DNA of 64,000 bases from the IMG/VR virus record IMGVR_UViG_2645727811_000003, positions 1 through 64,000 of that record; one strand, written 5' to 3'. Under the pieces are notes generated by a model. That model did no database searches and had not been told where the DNA came from. It saw only the letters and a list, made by a program, of their open reading frames with translations. This stretch comes from a virus (Duplodnaviria; Heunggongvirae; Uroviricota; Caudoviricetes). A program made the translations under genes and the position numbers. Shown here piece by piece: positions 50,211-59,996 of the stretch (its first letter is position 1; the number at the start of each line of letters is the position of its first letter).

Positions 50211-50570
50211 TTAGGAAATCCACAAAAATTTCTCATCGTTAACTCTTGAGTCTCTAGAAAGTGTTACCGTGTCACCAATATCATACAGGCAATTAAGGTA
50301 TTCGTTTAAAGCGTCAACCCAGTTATCAAAATCAAATTCTGCAGGATCTCCACCATTTTCAATTGACTCTTTAATCCATTCAAATTCCTCAATAAGCATT
50401 TTAAAGTCATCCAGAAAAAGCCAATCAAGGGCATGGACGCTTCCTTTTTCAATTCGTCTTTCTTCTCTTCTTAAAATGAATTTCAATTTAGGAAGTGTGT
50501 TTGTTACAAATTGAAGCACAGCGTGATCCGACTCTTCATTTGTTAAGCATTGTTTAATCGGTAATCTCAT
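50211..50570 (-). CDS. hypothetical acidic protein (119 aa)
   Basis: ORF track. Confidence 0.4.
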   Translation of the reverse strand: MRLPIKQCLTNEESDHAVLQFVTNTLPKLKFILRREERRIEKGSVHALDWLFLDDFKMLIEEFEWIKESIENGGDPAEFDFDNWVDALNEYLNCLYDIGDTVTLSRDSRVNDEKFLWIS

Positions 50571-50624
50571 GTCTCCATACTGGCATTGTCATACCCTCCT
50601 TTCTCTTTTTATGTTCGCCTATCT

Positions 50625-50852
50625 TCAATCCACTTTGCTTTCAACAAACCGTGATGCCATTTCCTTGTAAATAACCTGACTAATCATGTGAAGCTGAGTA
50701 ATATTCAAATTAAACGACTCATACAGATTTCTGACCTTCCCCTGCCCCAAGACTCTAGATTTTCCCCATTCCTCAATTTCATTAAAGCAATCGATTAGAA
50801 AGGCATCTGTTTGCTCTTTCAAATGTTGTTCTAAGTTATTCATTTCCCTCAA
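50625..50852 (-). CDS. hypothetical small protein (75 aa)
   Basis: ORF track. Confidence 0.35.
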   Translation of the reverse strand: MREMNNLEQHLKEQTDAFLIDCFNEIEEWGKSRVLGQGKVRNLYESFNLNITQLHMISQVIYKEMASRFVESKVD

Positions 50853-50895
50853 TCCTTTTCCTTGTTTTTTAATTTATTTTAAAGTATGATTTCAT

Positions 50896-51225
50896 TCAGA
50901 TATTCGGCAGCTCTTCAACGAACTTGACAAATTCACTCACGCTATCGAAAATATGATGTTTTTCTAGTCCATTTGTAAAGCACCATTGAGGGGATTCAAA
51001 ATCGTCTTGGATCTCAACAACGAATTCAATACCTGTACAGTCAAAGTCCTCTTCCTCTTCTAATGGTTCATAAAACTTGTCAATGAATCCTTTTACAATC
51101 CCAGTATCACTATATGTAACTGTATAAAATGCAAGTCCTTGATCTTCATATGTCTTTAAAGCAAATCCTTTGCGTTTCAATAAATTCAATACAACTTCTC
51201 TTTCTTTTGTTGTCATCATAATCAC
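50896..51225 (-). CDS. hypothetical acidic protein (109 aa)
   Basis: ORF track. Confidence 0.4.
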   Translation of the reverse strand: MIMMTTKEREVVLNLLKRKGFALKTYEDQGLAFYTVTYSDTGIVKGFIDKFYEPLEEEEDFDCTGIEFVVEIQDDFESPQWCFTNGLEKHHIFDSVSEFVKFVEELPNI

Positions 51226-51229
51226 CCTT

Positions 51230-51505
51230 TTAGTCCTTTAATCCAATTTCTTGTTTATTTGCAACTTTAAATGTTTTATATTTTTGTTTGAGCATCCCTG
51301 TAGAAATAATCGCATTTATTCTTTTTCGAAAAGTCCCTTTTGCGTCTACTTCTTGTAATACTCCTGTTTTATCAAACTCAAGATAAAGACCCTTTTCAAA
51401 GAATTCTCCCTGAGCAAAGACTGCTTTGCCGCTTACCAGTTCTTCCAATGCCTCTGTAAATGATTTATTAAATTGATTTGTCATTACATTTTCCCTCCAT
51501 CTCAT
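51230..51505 (-). CDS. hypothetical small protein (91 aa)
   Basis: ORF track. Confidence 0.4.
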   Translation of the reverse strand: MRWRENVMTNQFNKSFTEALEELVSGKAVFAQGEFFEKGLYLEFDKTGVLQEVDAKGTFRKRINAIISTGMLKQKYKTFKVANKQEIGLKD

Positions 51506-51710
51506 AATAGAGCCTTTAAATCCTGTTCATTGCTTGATTCTTTCTCTATTAGATCAACAAAATCAAACATAAGCTTCATTATCTTTTGTGATGTCGTTAA
51601 TTGTTCCGCCTACTTCGTAGTAGATTTTATATTTCGGTATTTTTATTTTCCCTTTCCCTCTAAGAATTCTTGTACTTATTTTCTTCATAGCTAAATGCGT
51701 TTTGTTCCTA

Positions 51711-51935
51711 TCACTCTTTCATATATGCTCTTTTTGCCATCTCGAATAAGAAAAATTCTCTCATGCTTGGTGGAGAAAAAATTTCTTGCCCAGTCTCTTT
51801 TTCATATTCTTCAACCACTCTTCTATATATTCCATCAATCTTTAAAACTCCTGTCTTTCGAAACTCTTGAATTTCAAAAAATGCTTCTCTTAGTTCCTCA
51901 TTATTCAATTCCTCAACTTTTTCAGCAAAATTCAT
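51711..51935 (-). CDS. hypothetical small protein (74 aa)
   Basis: ORF track. Confidence 0.35.
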   Translation of the reverse strand: MNFAEKVEELNNEELREAFFEIQEFRKTGVLKIDGIYRRVVEEYEKETGQEIFSPPSMREFFLFEMAKRAYMKE

Positions 51936-52019
51936 TTACCTCCAGTATTTTTAATCTGTTCTATCTTATAATTCAATTATAATTCGACTATTTTAAATAG
52001 TCAACTGTTAATTAGAAGA

Positions 52020-52235
52020 TTATTCTTCTTTTTCGAATTTTATCAAGTCTCCTGGTTCACAGTTGAAATGCTTGCAAAGCTTATCAAGCAATTCTCTTGG
52101 AAAGCGCTCCATATCATCATTGTACATTTTTCTAACGGTTTCCTTCCCATGATTTATTTCGGCACTTAATCGAGATATTGAAATACCTGCCTCATCTGCA
52201 ATAGCCTTTAAATTTGATCTAATCATTTTTCTCAC
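52020..52235 (-). CDS. XRE-family helix-turn-helix transcriptional regulator (71 aa)
   Basis: [33 protein letters not shown] is an HTH_3 pattern; operator-like repeats lie directly upstream. Confidence 0.65.
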   Translation of the reverse strand: MRKMIRSNLKAIADEAGISISRLSAEINHGKETVRKMYNDDMERFPRELLDKLCKHFNCEPGDLIKFEKEE

Positions 52236-52292
52236 CTCCTATACAACTTTACTTTGACTATTTAAAAACGTCAATCAAAATTTTCCTATTTC

Positions 52293-52470
52293 AAAAAATG
52301 CCCGCGATTTTTCAAGTTGGCTGTTATATCATTTCTACAAAAATTGCCCGCAACTTTTTACCGCTGCTGTTATACTGTTTTAATTTTTTTAGTGAGCTGT
52401 GCGGGTTAAAAAATCCCTTTGAGTATCAAAATTTGCCCGCAATAAAAGTTAAGAGCTGTTATACGTTCTA
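52293..52470. promoter_or_regulatory. array of 3 direct repeats plus 1 inverted half-site of a bipartite operator-like motif (TTGCCCGCAA ...21 bp... GCTGTTATA)
   Basis: TGCCCGC at 52299, 52345 and 52434; GCTGTTATA at 52320, 52366 and 52455; an inverted GCTGTGCGGGTTA at about 52396. Spacing is 46 and 89 bp. Confidence 0.55.
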
Positions 52471-52499
52471 CAGCATTAACCCTTCTCTTCAGAAGTAAA

Positions 52500-52760
52500 C
52501 ATTTCATAAAATAATGTTTTTATTCAAACTTGTCTTCGTCTGTTTCTGCCTTTACAAAGAGGAATTCGTACTCAAGTTCAAAAACATCAATAAATGCCTT
52601 TTTAGCAATTGCACTTGTAATAATTAGATTATCTTCGTTGGTCGTATCAACAGTACTAAATAATCTTTGAGCCGCTTTTTTGCCATGTCCCCCAATTCGC
52701 TAGTTCTGATGTTATTCATGTAATCTCTAAGCTCTTTTGCATCCATTTCAATCACCCTTT
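52500..52760 (-). pseudogene. possible frameshifted remnant of a small gene next to the IS right end
   Basis: Hand translation gives MDAKELRDYMNNIRTSELG... then a frame break, with ...AIAKKAFIDVFELEYEFLFVKAETDEDKFE in another frame. No ORF of 60 aa or more. Confidence 0.25.
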
Positions 52761-52789
52761 TAATTAGTTTTAATGAAAATAAGGCGGCT

Positions 52790-54300
52790 CTACACGCCAA
52801 GAAATATATTCGTTAATGTTGCCGTGATGTTCCTTTTTAAACTCAAAATACCCCTCTTTGAGACTCCCGCGACTGAAGCCACAGCCCTAAACCTTATGAT
52901 GGGACGGATGGGATTCTTGAATGACTAAATGTTTGTAGTCCATTTCTGTTTTGAACAGCCTTCAAGATAAGGGCATCTCATTGCCCCTCCTAAGACAGTG
53001 CATATAGCATCTTAGGCTGGTTGACTGTTACCATCAACCACAGGTGCATATCGAATATTCATAGCACCGACTAAATCACGATGTTTTTCAAATCCACATT
53101 TACACTTGTATTTTCTATCTTGTGCTTTGTTCTTTTCAGAGCATTTCGGGCACGTTTGGCTTGTGTATGCAGGGTTTACATACTCAACTTTAATACCTTC
53201 TAAATTCGCTTTATATTCAATGAATTGAGACAGGCGATAGAATGACCAGTTATGCAAGTTCTTTTCGTTTTTACGGCTTGTTCTTGCCGTCTGTCTAATA
53301 TTCGTTAACTGTTCTAACCGAATGACAGAAATATTGTGATCAATTGCAAAATTGACAATCGCACGACTTATCTTATGGTCTTGATCTTTCATATATCGCT
53401 GTTCTCTATCGTCGAGTTTGCGAATAGCGCACAATTTTTTTAGTTTACCTAACTTTTTACGTTTGGATTTAAACTTCCGTCTGACAAATTTATTTTGTCT
53501 GCCATTGCCAAAGAAACGGGTTTTCCCGTCATCTGTTACAGCAACAGCAGGGACTTTCAGACCCAAATCCACCCCTATAACCCTTGTTCCTGTTTTTTCA
53601 ATTGGGGAAATGTTAACGGCAATTTGTGCAATCCACTTGTTTGATTTTTTTGTGATCCGAAGAGTACCTAATTTGTGTTTTAACAGATCGAAATTCCGAT
53701 TGTGTTTATCAACCAATAAAGCACGAATAGGTGTTCTTTTTGTCTTTCCATCGAATGTTAAGGGCAGATGGATATGAGTGAAATCAAATGAATAATTTTG
53801 ATTATTCCACACGCAAACAGGTTTTTTGAGGATTGGAATGATCTTATAGTTACTTTTTTTCACTCTTTTAGAAAATATACTTTTCGAATCTCTGATCGCT
53901 TGATTTTTAACTGACCCCGGAAGAAGTGCTGTGACATGTTTTGAAGTCTTTTTTGTACTCTTCTTATTATCTACCATTTCTGAAACAAGCTGGTTGATTA
54001 CCGAAATATATGTATGACTCATTTCATTTAATATTTCCTCTTGCTCTTTGGTCGGAAGCAATTTAACTTTGACAGTTATTGTTTGCGACATTTGATTCAC
54101 CCCCCTTAACGATTTTTGCCCTCCGAAGCTTGGTATTCTCATTCCTGTAGGACAAGTAGATAGACTTCTGTGAGATTCTTGCTACCAAAGACGAAATCCA
54201 TTTCTGGTATCGCTGACGTGCAAGATTGCGGTGTACCATCACCACTCCCTTGACAGACCGTATAGGTTCAAGGGCTACAGCACTGTGACCATGCTGCATA
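52790..54300 (-). mobile_element. IS200/IS605-family tnpB-only (IS1341-like) element; approximate ends
   Basis: TnpB ORF with GC-rich structured flanks on both sides (52790..53011 and 54143..54300) that contrast with AT-rich phage DNA. No tnpA Y1 transposase is present. Confidence 0.4.
53012..54142 (-). CDS. tnpB: TnpB (OrfB) RuvC-like RNA-guided-nuclease-family protein. The real start is probably the internal Met at MSQTITVKV.
   Basis: 376 aa; OrfB_IS605 hallmarks include a C-terminal zinc finger CPKCSEKNKAQDRKYKCKCG, RuvC-III-like ...HRDLVGAMNI, and a helix-rich N-terminus. Confidence 0.75.
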   Translation of the reverse strand: MRIPSFGGQKSLRGVNQMSQTITVKVKLLPTKEQEEILNEMSHTYISVINQLVSEMVDNKKSTKKTSKHVTALLPGSVKNQAIRDSKSIFSKRVKKSNYKIIPILKKPVCVWNNQNYSFDFTHIHLPLTFDGKTKRTPIRALLVDKHNRNFDLLKHKLGTLRITKKSNKWIAQIAVNISPIEKTGTRVIGVDLGLKVPAVAVTDDGKTRFFGNGRQNKFVRRKFKSKRKKLGKLKKLCAIRKLDDREQRYMKDQDHKISRAIVNFAIDHNISVIRLEQLTNIRQTARTSRKNEKNLHNWSFYRLSQFIEYKANLEGIKVEYVNPAYTSQTCPKCSEKNKAQDRKYKCKCGFEKHRDLVGAMNIRYAPVVDGNSQPA

Positions 54301-54721
54301 GATTTTATGAAACGAAAGTGTTTTTACGTCTTGTCCTTGACGATGTGTATATGTTTCAAGTATACCATAATACGGAAACATGATAACGAACATCGAACCA
54401 CAACCCACCACACTTTCGTTTCATACTCTTGAAAGAGAGGGTTTCCTGTTCGGAAAATATGTAAGTTCATCAAGAACTTGCTCCTGGTTTCCCCATTCTT
54501 TGACCATGTCACAGGATTCTGGAGAAAGTAAGATTGATTTGATTTGTTCTCTTGTTACTTGGAAAAGGTAGTTATGTAAGTTCATTAAAAGCCGCTCCTT
54601 TAAGTTAGATTTTTTATGCACAAAAGACAGCAAGCTCTTTTGTTGTTATACAGCCATTCGGACACTTCACAGTTTTAGGATATTCCGCTCCTAACTCTTT
54701 AAGCATTTTCTTTTTCTGTCT

Positions 54722-54958
54722 TCATATTTGGTTCTCCCTTTCTGCTTTCATTTGTGCTATCCAATAGAGCACCTTGTCCCCTACTTCTGTATCATTCCAG
54801 CCCCATTGATCAGCAAGGAATTTAATTTCAGCGGGCAAAGTCTTTGCAATAATTTTTAATTCCATTTTATTTGGTACTCTTCTATATACACTTACAAAAC
54901 AATCATATATTTGATCAAGCAATTTGACTGCATCCCTTTTAATTTGTTTAAAATTCAT
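54722..54958 (-). CDS. hypothetical small protein (78 aa)
   Basis: The recurrent motif encodes the KQIKR stretch at its N-terminus. Confidence 0.4.
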   Translation of the reverse strand: MNFKQIKRDAVKLLDQIYDCFVSVYRRVPNKMELKIIAKTLPAEIKFLADQWGWNDTEVGDKVLYWIAQMKAERENQI

Positions 54959-55029
54959 GTTTTATTTAGTTATTTTCCGGTGTGATTTTATACATGCCTG
55001 TAGCTCTCTGTTTTTTGCCTGAATTTATT

Positions 55030-55260
55030 TTAACTGTTTTCAAGTTGATAAGAACAGAAAACAGAATTTCGATCAATGTCTTTCATATATGTATCCACTG
55101 TTAAATAATTTGAATAGCCTGCAGCCTTTAAAATAGCTTTAGTCATCATTAGCAAATCCATCTGTATATCATAGTCTGACTGATGAAATTCTGATTCACT
55201 GGAAAACTCCGCGTAAATTTCAAAGTAAGAAACATCAAATTTAATGCTAATGATTTTCAT
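55030..55260 (-). CDS. hypothetical small protein (76 aa)
   Basis: ORF track. Confidence 0.35.
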   Translation of the reverse strand: MKIISIKFDVSYFEIYAEFSSESEFHQSDYDIQMDLLMMTKAILKAAGYSNYLTVDTYMKDIDRNSVFCSYQLENS

Positions 55261-55327
55261 AACCTGTCCCTCCGCTTTAGTTTTCCTATATTATACAATC
55301 AAATGTAATCTGAATGAAACTGCTGTT

Positions 55328-55612
55328 TTATTTGATTTCATGCCCTAACAATGAAGCAATGGTGACTATTTGTTTTTTTGTAAGAGGATAGTCTTCTATA
55401 ATGTCGTTATGTTCATCAATTAAATCAATAAGGCAATCAGGCTCACCTTTATTCTCTTTAAATTCGTTCTTTATTCGACCAAATACTTCTCTTGCTATTT
55501 GCTCTGTTTCTAAGTTCAACGCTAACAATTCATTAAACTGATCATTTTTAAGATCAATTTTCACAAAAGCTAATCCCCAAGTATTTTCATTCTGTTCCAT
55601 TTTAATATCCAC
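55328..55612 (-). CDS. hypothetical acidic protein (94 aa)
   Basis: ORF track. Confidence 0.4.
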   Translation of the reverse strand: MDIKMEQNENTWGLAFVKIDLKNDQFNELLALNLETEQIAREVFGRIKNEFKENKGEPDCLIDLIDEHNDIIEDYPLTKKQIVTIASLLGHEIK

Positions 55613-55632
55613 CTTCCTGTAAAATTGTTGTT

Positions 55633-55929
55633 TTATGCAATCTGAATCACATGTGAAATGTAATCAAGTCCTTCAAACTCCATAGCGGTCATAACTGTTT
55701 CAGTGTAATAAATGCCCTTATCCAGTTCATGGATTTCAATACCCCTAGATGACAAATAATCTAAGACATTATCATTTATATTGTTCAATGAAAATACAGT
55801 TCCGTTTGCACATTCGAACCGTTTTGGATTTGTTGAAATCTTACCTCTTAAAATTTCCTCAATGGTTTTTAAATCTAAATGTCTCATGTTTAACCGCTCC
55901 ATTCTGTTTAAAATCAGCATTTTATTCAC
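55633..55929 (-). CDS. hypothetical protein (98 aa)
   Basis: ORF track. Confidence 0.4.
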   Translation of the reverse strand: MNKMLILNRMERLNMRHLDLKTIEEILRGKISTNPKRFECANGTVFSLNNINDNVLDYLSSRGIEIHELDKGIYYTETVMTAMEFEGLDYISHVIQIA

Positions 55930-56362
55930 TATGATATTTTAGTCCTCTAGCTTTATAAAGAGGCACCCAGTGACTATCATAGAAATCATAACCGCCGACA
56001 TCAATTCCAAAAAATAAACCTAATTCTTTAGATTCATAAACCCATAAACCGCATTTTTCCATTTTATCTAGGTTTTCTCTTGCCCAAAGTTCATCAGTTT
56101 TATCTTTGAATGTCCACATTGTTTCCCATCTAGGGAACTCACATTTATTATAAATGTCATTACTCTCACATGATCTGCAATATAATTCATTATTTTTATT
56201 TTGGTATATGTCTTTACTTCCACAATATCCGCATTCTTTTTCAGTCACTAGAATTTCAAAATCTTCGGATGTAGGATAAGCCTTATTTATAAGGTCTTGA
56301 GGGATTTCGTTAAACTCGCCATACCATTTTTGAGCCGCTTCTCTAATTGTTAATTTTTTCAT
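55922..56362 (-). CDS. zinc-finger protein (146 aa)
   Basis: CGYCGS...CRSCES cysteine pairs. Confidence 0.45.
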   Translation of the reverse strand: MKKLTIREAAQKWYGEFNEIPQDLINKAYPTSEDFEILVTEKECGYCGSKDIYQNKNNELYCRSCESNDIYNKCEFPRWETMWTFKDKTDELWARENLDKMEKCGLWVYESKELGLFFGIDVGGYDFYDSHWVPLYKARGLKYHSE

Positions 56363-56403
56363 GATTTAATTCTCCTTTTATTAATTTTTATAAAATATGC
56401 ATT

Positions 56404-56628
56404 TTATTTATTTAGTAGTTGATACACTTTTTCCATACTATCTATCATGTCAGGGTACACTGTATGAAATAATTCCAAATCATACTCTTCCAAAATAATT
56501 TTATCTAATTCTTCGTACTTCTCATCAATTTTTAATTCATATTCTCTAGCCACCATTAACATTGATTTAAATGCATGAATTAAATCAATTTCATTCATAT
56601 TATCATTCCTTTTCTTTTTAATTCGCAT
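56404..56628 (-). CDS. hypothetical small protein (74 aa)
   Basis: ORF track. Confidence 0.35.
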   Translation of the reverse strand: MRIKKKRNDNMNEIDLIHAFKSMLMVAREYELKIDEKYEELDKIILEEYDLELFHTVYPDMIDSMEKVYQLLNK

Positions 56629-56764
56629 TTTAATCGCGATAAATAATATAGAGTTATTCCTGTTGCAACCTCCCCCAATAAGGGGAACGCTGGCGGCTTA
56701 ATGCCTATTTAACGTCGCCGCCACGACTGTTTTAAGATGTCTGTTACATCTCATCTTAATCATT

Positions 56765-56977
56765 TTAATTTGTTTTATTTTGATTTAATAAGCTATTTTG
56801 TGTCATTACCCAGTCACCTATCTTTTCAACAACTTCACAAAAATCATTATCAAATGGATAATCATCACAAAGATCACTATCTGTTATGCTGTCGGCTTGC
56901 TCCCAAAGATCCCGAATTTCATATGCTGAATTTTTGAACTGCATTAATGCGTTTAGTAATTTTTCATTGTGTGTCAT
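56765..56977 (-). CDS. hypothetical small acidic protein (70 aa)
   Basis: ORF track; motif upstream. Confidence 0.35.
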   Translation of the reverse strand: MTHNEKLLNALMQFKNSAYEIRDLWEQADSITDSDLCDDYPFDNDFCEVVEKIGDWVMTQNSLLNQNKTN

Positions 56978-57008
56978 TGTTAAATCATTCCCATCTATTA
57001 AAATATCT

Positions 57009-57560
57009 TTACTCGCAATATTCTTCTGTTACACTGATTTCAAAAGAACTGTTATCACTCTCTACACTACTAGTATTTAAGCCTTTCATAAACTCGTATA
57101 CTTCATAAGAATTGTCGTTTTTAGAAGTGTACCATTCTTCTATATGTTCGTTCCTTATTGCGATAGCTTTTTTGTTTGCTTCGTGTCGATCGTAGAACAC
57201 ACCTTTAATGCCCCAAGTGTGCCCTCCTCTCCCTCTGTCCCGAATATGCAGAGTATAGATGACAAACATCCTGTTAGGTTCTTTGGCTTCTTCCCATTTC
57301 CTCCCGGTGAACTCCTCCCACTCTGCTATCTGTTGCGGAGTAGGATATGGAATTAATTTATGTTCATACTCGTCTTGGACAAAATCTATTTTTTCCTCTT
57401 CTGTGTACTGTTTAAATTTTGTTTCAAGCTCCCCGGCTTCTTCATCAGTCCAATCGTTAGAAAGATAATCTTGAGCCAAGTCCTCAAAAAAATCGTTTAG
57501 CGTAGTATGGTGTGAAAAGTCTCCCGTCTGAAGATCCTTAATGATATACTGTTTTGTCAT
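57009..57560 (-). CDS. hypothetical protein (183 aa)
   Basis: ORF track. Confidence 0.45.
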   Translation of the reverse strand: MTKQYIIKDLQTGDFSHHTTLNDFFEDLAQDYLSNDWTDEEAGELETKFKQYTEEEKIDFVQDEYEHKLIPYPTPQQIAEWEEFTGRKWEEAKEPNRMFVIYTLHIRDRGRGGHTWGIKGVFYDRHEANKKAIAIRNEHIEEWYTSKNDNSYEVYEFMKGLNTSSVESDNSSFEISVTEEYCE

Positions 57561-57581
57561 TTTAACCGCTCCATTCTTTTT

Positions 57582-57932
57582 TCAATTAACATATGTTTCA
57601 AATTCATCTGCTAAGCTAGCATTAAAAAATCTTACAGCGTCAATAAAATAGTGAACTCTATTTTCAAACTCTCTTACGTCCCCTAAATCTCTTCTTTTTT
57701 TAGCTAAGTTTAGCCAATTTAATTCCTCATTGAATTGTTTTCTTATTTCATCATCGGATAGAATAATCTCTCTCTCGTAATCTCTAACGGGATGGTTGGT
57801 TTCATCGTTTTTAATTCCAAAAGCTTGTCTAATTATTCCGATTTGAATCATTACCCTCAAACTCTGCTCTCTTGTTCGTAAAACTTGAGTATCTAAATCA
57901 ATTACTTTTTCCATTAACTTTTTATTTCTCAT
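57582..57932 (-). CDS. hypothetical protein (116 aa)
   Basis: ORF track; motif upstream. Confidence 0.4.
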   Translation of the reverse strand: MRNKKLMEKVIDLDTQVLRTREQSLRVMIQIGIIRQAFGIKNDETNHPVRDYEREIILSDDEIRKQFNEELNWLNLAKKRRDLGDVREFENRVHYFIDAVRFFNASLADEFETYVN

Positions 57933-58055
57933 TTCTCTTGCCCCTTTTCTGTTTTTGCTTTTAATTTGTTTTTAATGTTTTTCAACAACGCTTTCTCTTA
58001 TGATTTTATTATACTATGACTATTTTACATAGTCAATATATTTCTTTTAATTTGT

Positions 58056-59996
58056 TTATGATATTTTTGAATGTTGACTTATTAAATAGGTCGCGTATTT
58101 CTTAGCATCGTTTAATGTTTCTGTTGTTAGCATTGTATGGACTTCTTTTCCTTTATAAAAAATCCTAAAAGCCCCACATATCTTGCAGATAAACCAATCC
58201 CCGTGAGTGTAAACCCGCTTTTTTTCTAGATTATTCATAAAAGTAAATTCTTTATTTTCTGCTTTAAATTCAATAACATTATTAATCTTCGAAACCAATT
58301 TTTTGATTTTTTCTTTCTTTGTATGTCTAATTCTGTCCTTTGCTTCGGATAGTTTATTTTTAAATTCCTCCGGAATTCCCGTAAACTCAAGCATTACGGC
58401 GTTTTCTCTGTCTACTAGCTTGTTATATCTATTCATACTACGCCCAGCACGTCCAGTTACCGCCCAGGAAGGGTTATTTCCCCTTGAAGTTAAATACTTC
58501 AAGTACAGATCATAATAACGCTTTTTGAACCGCTGCAAGTCCTTTTTAAGATGGTATATAATGCTTTGATTATCAGTTGTTTTAATTAGCTTTTTAACTT
58601 CATCATTCCAAGAATTAAACAGGTTTTGTATTTCCTTTGTGTGATCTCTTTTAGTTGTTCTAAAAATCCAATGTGCATCATGTTCGCGATCTTGTATTGT
58701 TTGATCAATGACATATGTTTCAACATCATCAATATCTATTTCAGGATATTCAAAGGCGTTTTCTTGGCTCTTAAGATCATGCGAGCTTAGTTTTTTAGCA
58801 AGTGAAATTGTACTGTCTGACTGTTTAGCATACCAACACTTAGAATAACGTGACCACCGGAATCCGGCCGCTTTCATCTGCTCCCGTACCTCTTCAGATG
58901 GTTTAGAACTGAAACGAATTTCAACACCGTTTTTCTCTTCGTTCAGTGTATATGTAACTGCTGTTTCTTTTTCTGTAGTTCCTTGAGCGTTTTCCCCTGC
59001 TGTTTCGTTTGTTGTTTCGACTGATTCACCTGTTAAAAGGTTTTCTTTTTGGGCTGTGTCTCTTTTTGCCTTTACATATACAGTCTTTTCCGTTACCTCT
59101 TCCACCTCTTTCAACTCTGCAAAGTGAAAGCATCCTTTTTCAAAAAGTCTTTTAAAATTAGATTCGGAAAAGTACGCAGTGTTCGCTGGATTACTTGAAC
59201 CCGTAAGCTCTTTATTTAACTTTTTATTCATTCTCACGAAAGATACGGACATTTTCCCGTTAAAAGTTTGTTTTCTGGTTAATTTATAAACGTATCCTTG
59301 TTGTACGCCATATGTCAAAGGCTTATCAATTACAAGGTATGCTTGTCCCTCTTGGGCTTCTTCAATCGTCAGATCAATTGATACAGGTTTCACAATCTTT
59401 TTAACAACTTGTTTTTTAACTGGAATTAGTTTTGATTGTTCATTGATTTTGTTTTCTAACCCATCAATGAACTTAACAAGTTTAGTTTGTGATTCTTCTT
59501 TATTATTCCAGCTAAAGAAAGAAAAAGCGCGGTTACCTTTTGCAATGATCTCCCCGTCTTTTTCAATGTGCCAATTTGTTCGACCTGGGTTGACATGTTT
59601 AAAGACTGGATATTGAGAGACAACAACAGTTTCCATTTCTTCTTTCTGTCTCATCTTTTCGATGATTTTTCTGGACGTTTCTTTTTCATTTTCACTTGCT
59701 GCACTATCGTTAATTGTTGCTTGAAGTTTTGCAATTTTAGCATGATCAATAGTGTAACTTTTTTTCGTTACCTTTTTGCCTGATTTACCTAGATCATATT
59801 TACAAATATCAATAAGAATTATGTATCCGTCTTTTTCTGCAATACCATCCCATGATGCAGGATCAAAATAGTCAGTCATTGGATCACTTTTGTCTTGTTT
59901 ATATCCGTAAACCTTCCAACCTCTTTTTTTAAGCTCTCCCATAATTTCTACCTTTGCCGTTCTTTTGTCATAATAAGATAATGCCATTTTAAACAT
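58056..59996 (-). CDS. large hypothetical protein (646 aa)
   Basis: Long ORF, motif upstream, no catalytic motif recognised; central acidic T/E-rich linker. Confidence 0.5.
   Translation of the reverse strand: MFKMALSYYDKRTAKVEIMGELKKRGWKVYGYKQDKSDPMTDYFDPASWDGIAEKDGYIILIDICKYDLGKSGKKVTKKSYTIDHAKIAKLQATINDSAASENEKETSRKIIEKMRQKEEMETVVVSQYPVFKHVNPGRTNWHIEKDGEIIAKGNRAFSFFSWNNKEESQTKLVKFIDGLENKINEQSKLIPVKKQVVKKIVKPVSIDLTIEEAQEGQAYLVIDKPLTYGVQQGYVYKLTRKQTFNGKMSVSFVRMNKKLNKELTGSSNPANTAYFSESNFKRLFEKGCFHFAELKEVEEVTEKTVYVKAKRDTAQKENLLTGESVETTNETAGENAQGTTEKETAVTYTLNEEKNGVEIRFSSKPSEEVREQMKAAGFRWSRYSKCWYAKQSDSTISLAKKLSSHDLKSQENAFEYPEIDIDDVETYVIDQTIQDREHDAHWIFRTTKRDHTKEIQNLFNSWNDEVKKLIKTTDNQSIIYHLKKDLQRFKKRYYDLYLKYLTSRGNNPSWAVTGRAGRSMNRYNKLVDRENAVMLEFTGIPEEFKNKLSEAKDRIRHTKKEKIKKLVSKINNVIEFKAENKEFTFMNNLEKKRVYTHGDWFICKICGAFRIFYKGKEVHTMLTTETLNDAKKYATYLISQHSKIS

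Noticed and set aside
52293-52470. Possible CRISPR array
   Set aside because: There are only 3-4 copies, the repeats are bipartite and imperfect, the spacing is unequal (46 and 89 bp), and no cas genes are present. It behaves as operator or iteron DNA.
52298-52498. 66-aa plus-strand ORF
   Set aside because: It exactly overlaps the direct-repeat operator array and has no RBS. The repeats explain the open frame.
54311-54425. Inverted repeat TATGAAACGAAAGTG ... CACTTTCGTTTCATA as IS terminal inverted repeats
   Set aside because: IS200/605 elements have no terminal inverted repeats and both copies lie on the same (left) side of tnpB. It is more likely a local hairpin or regulatory palindrome, so it is left unassigned.
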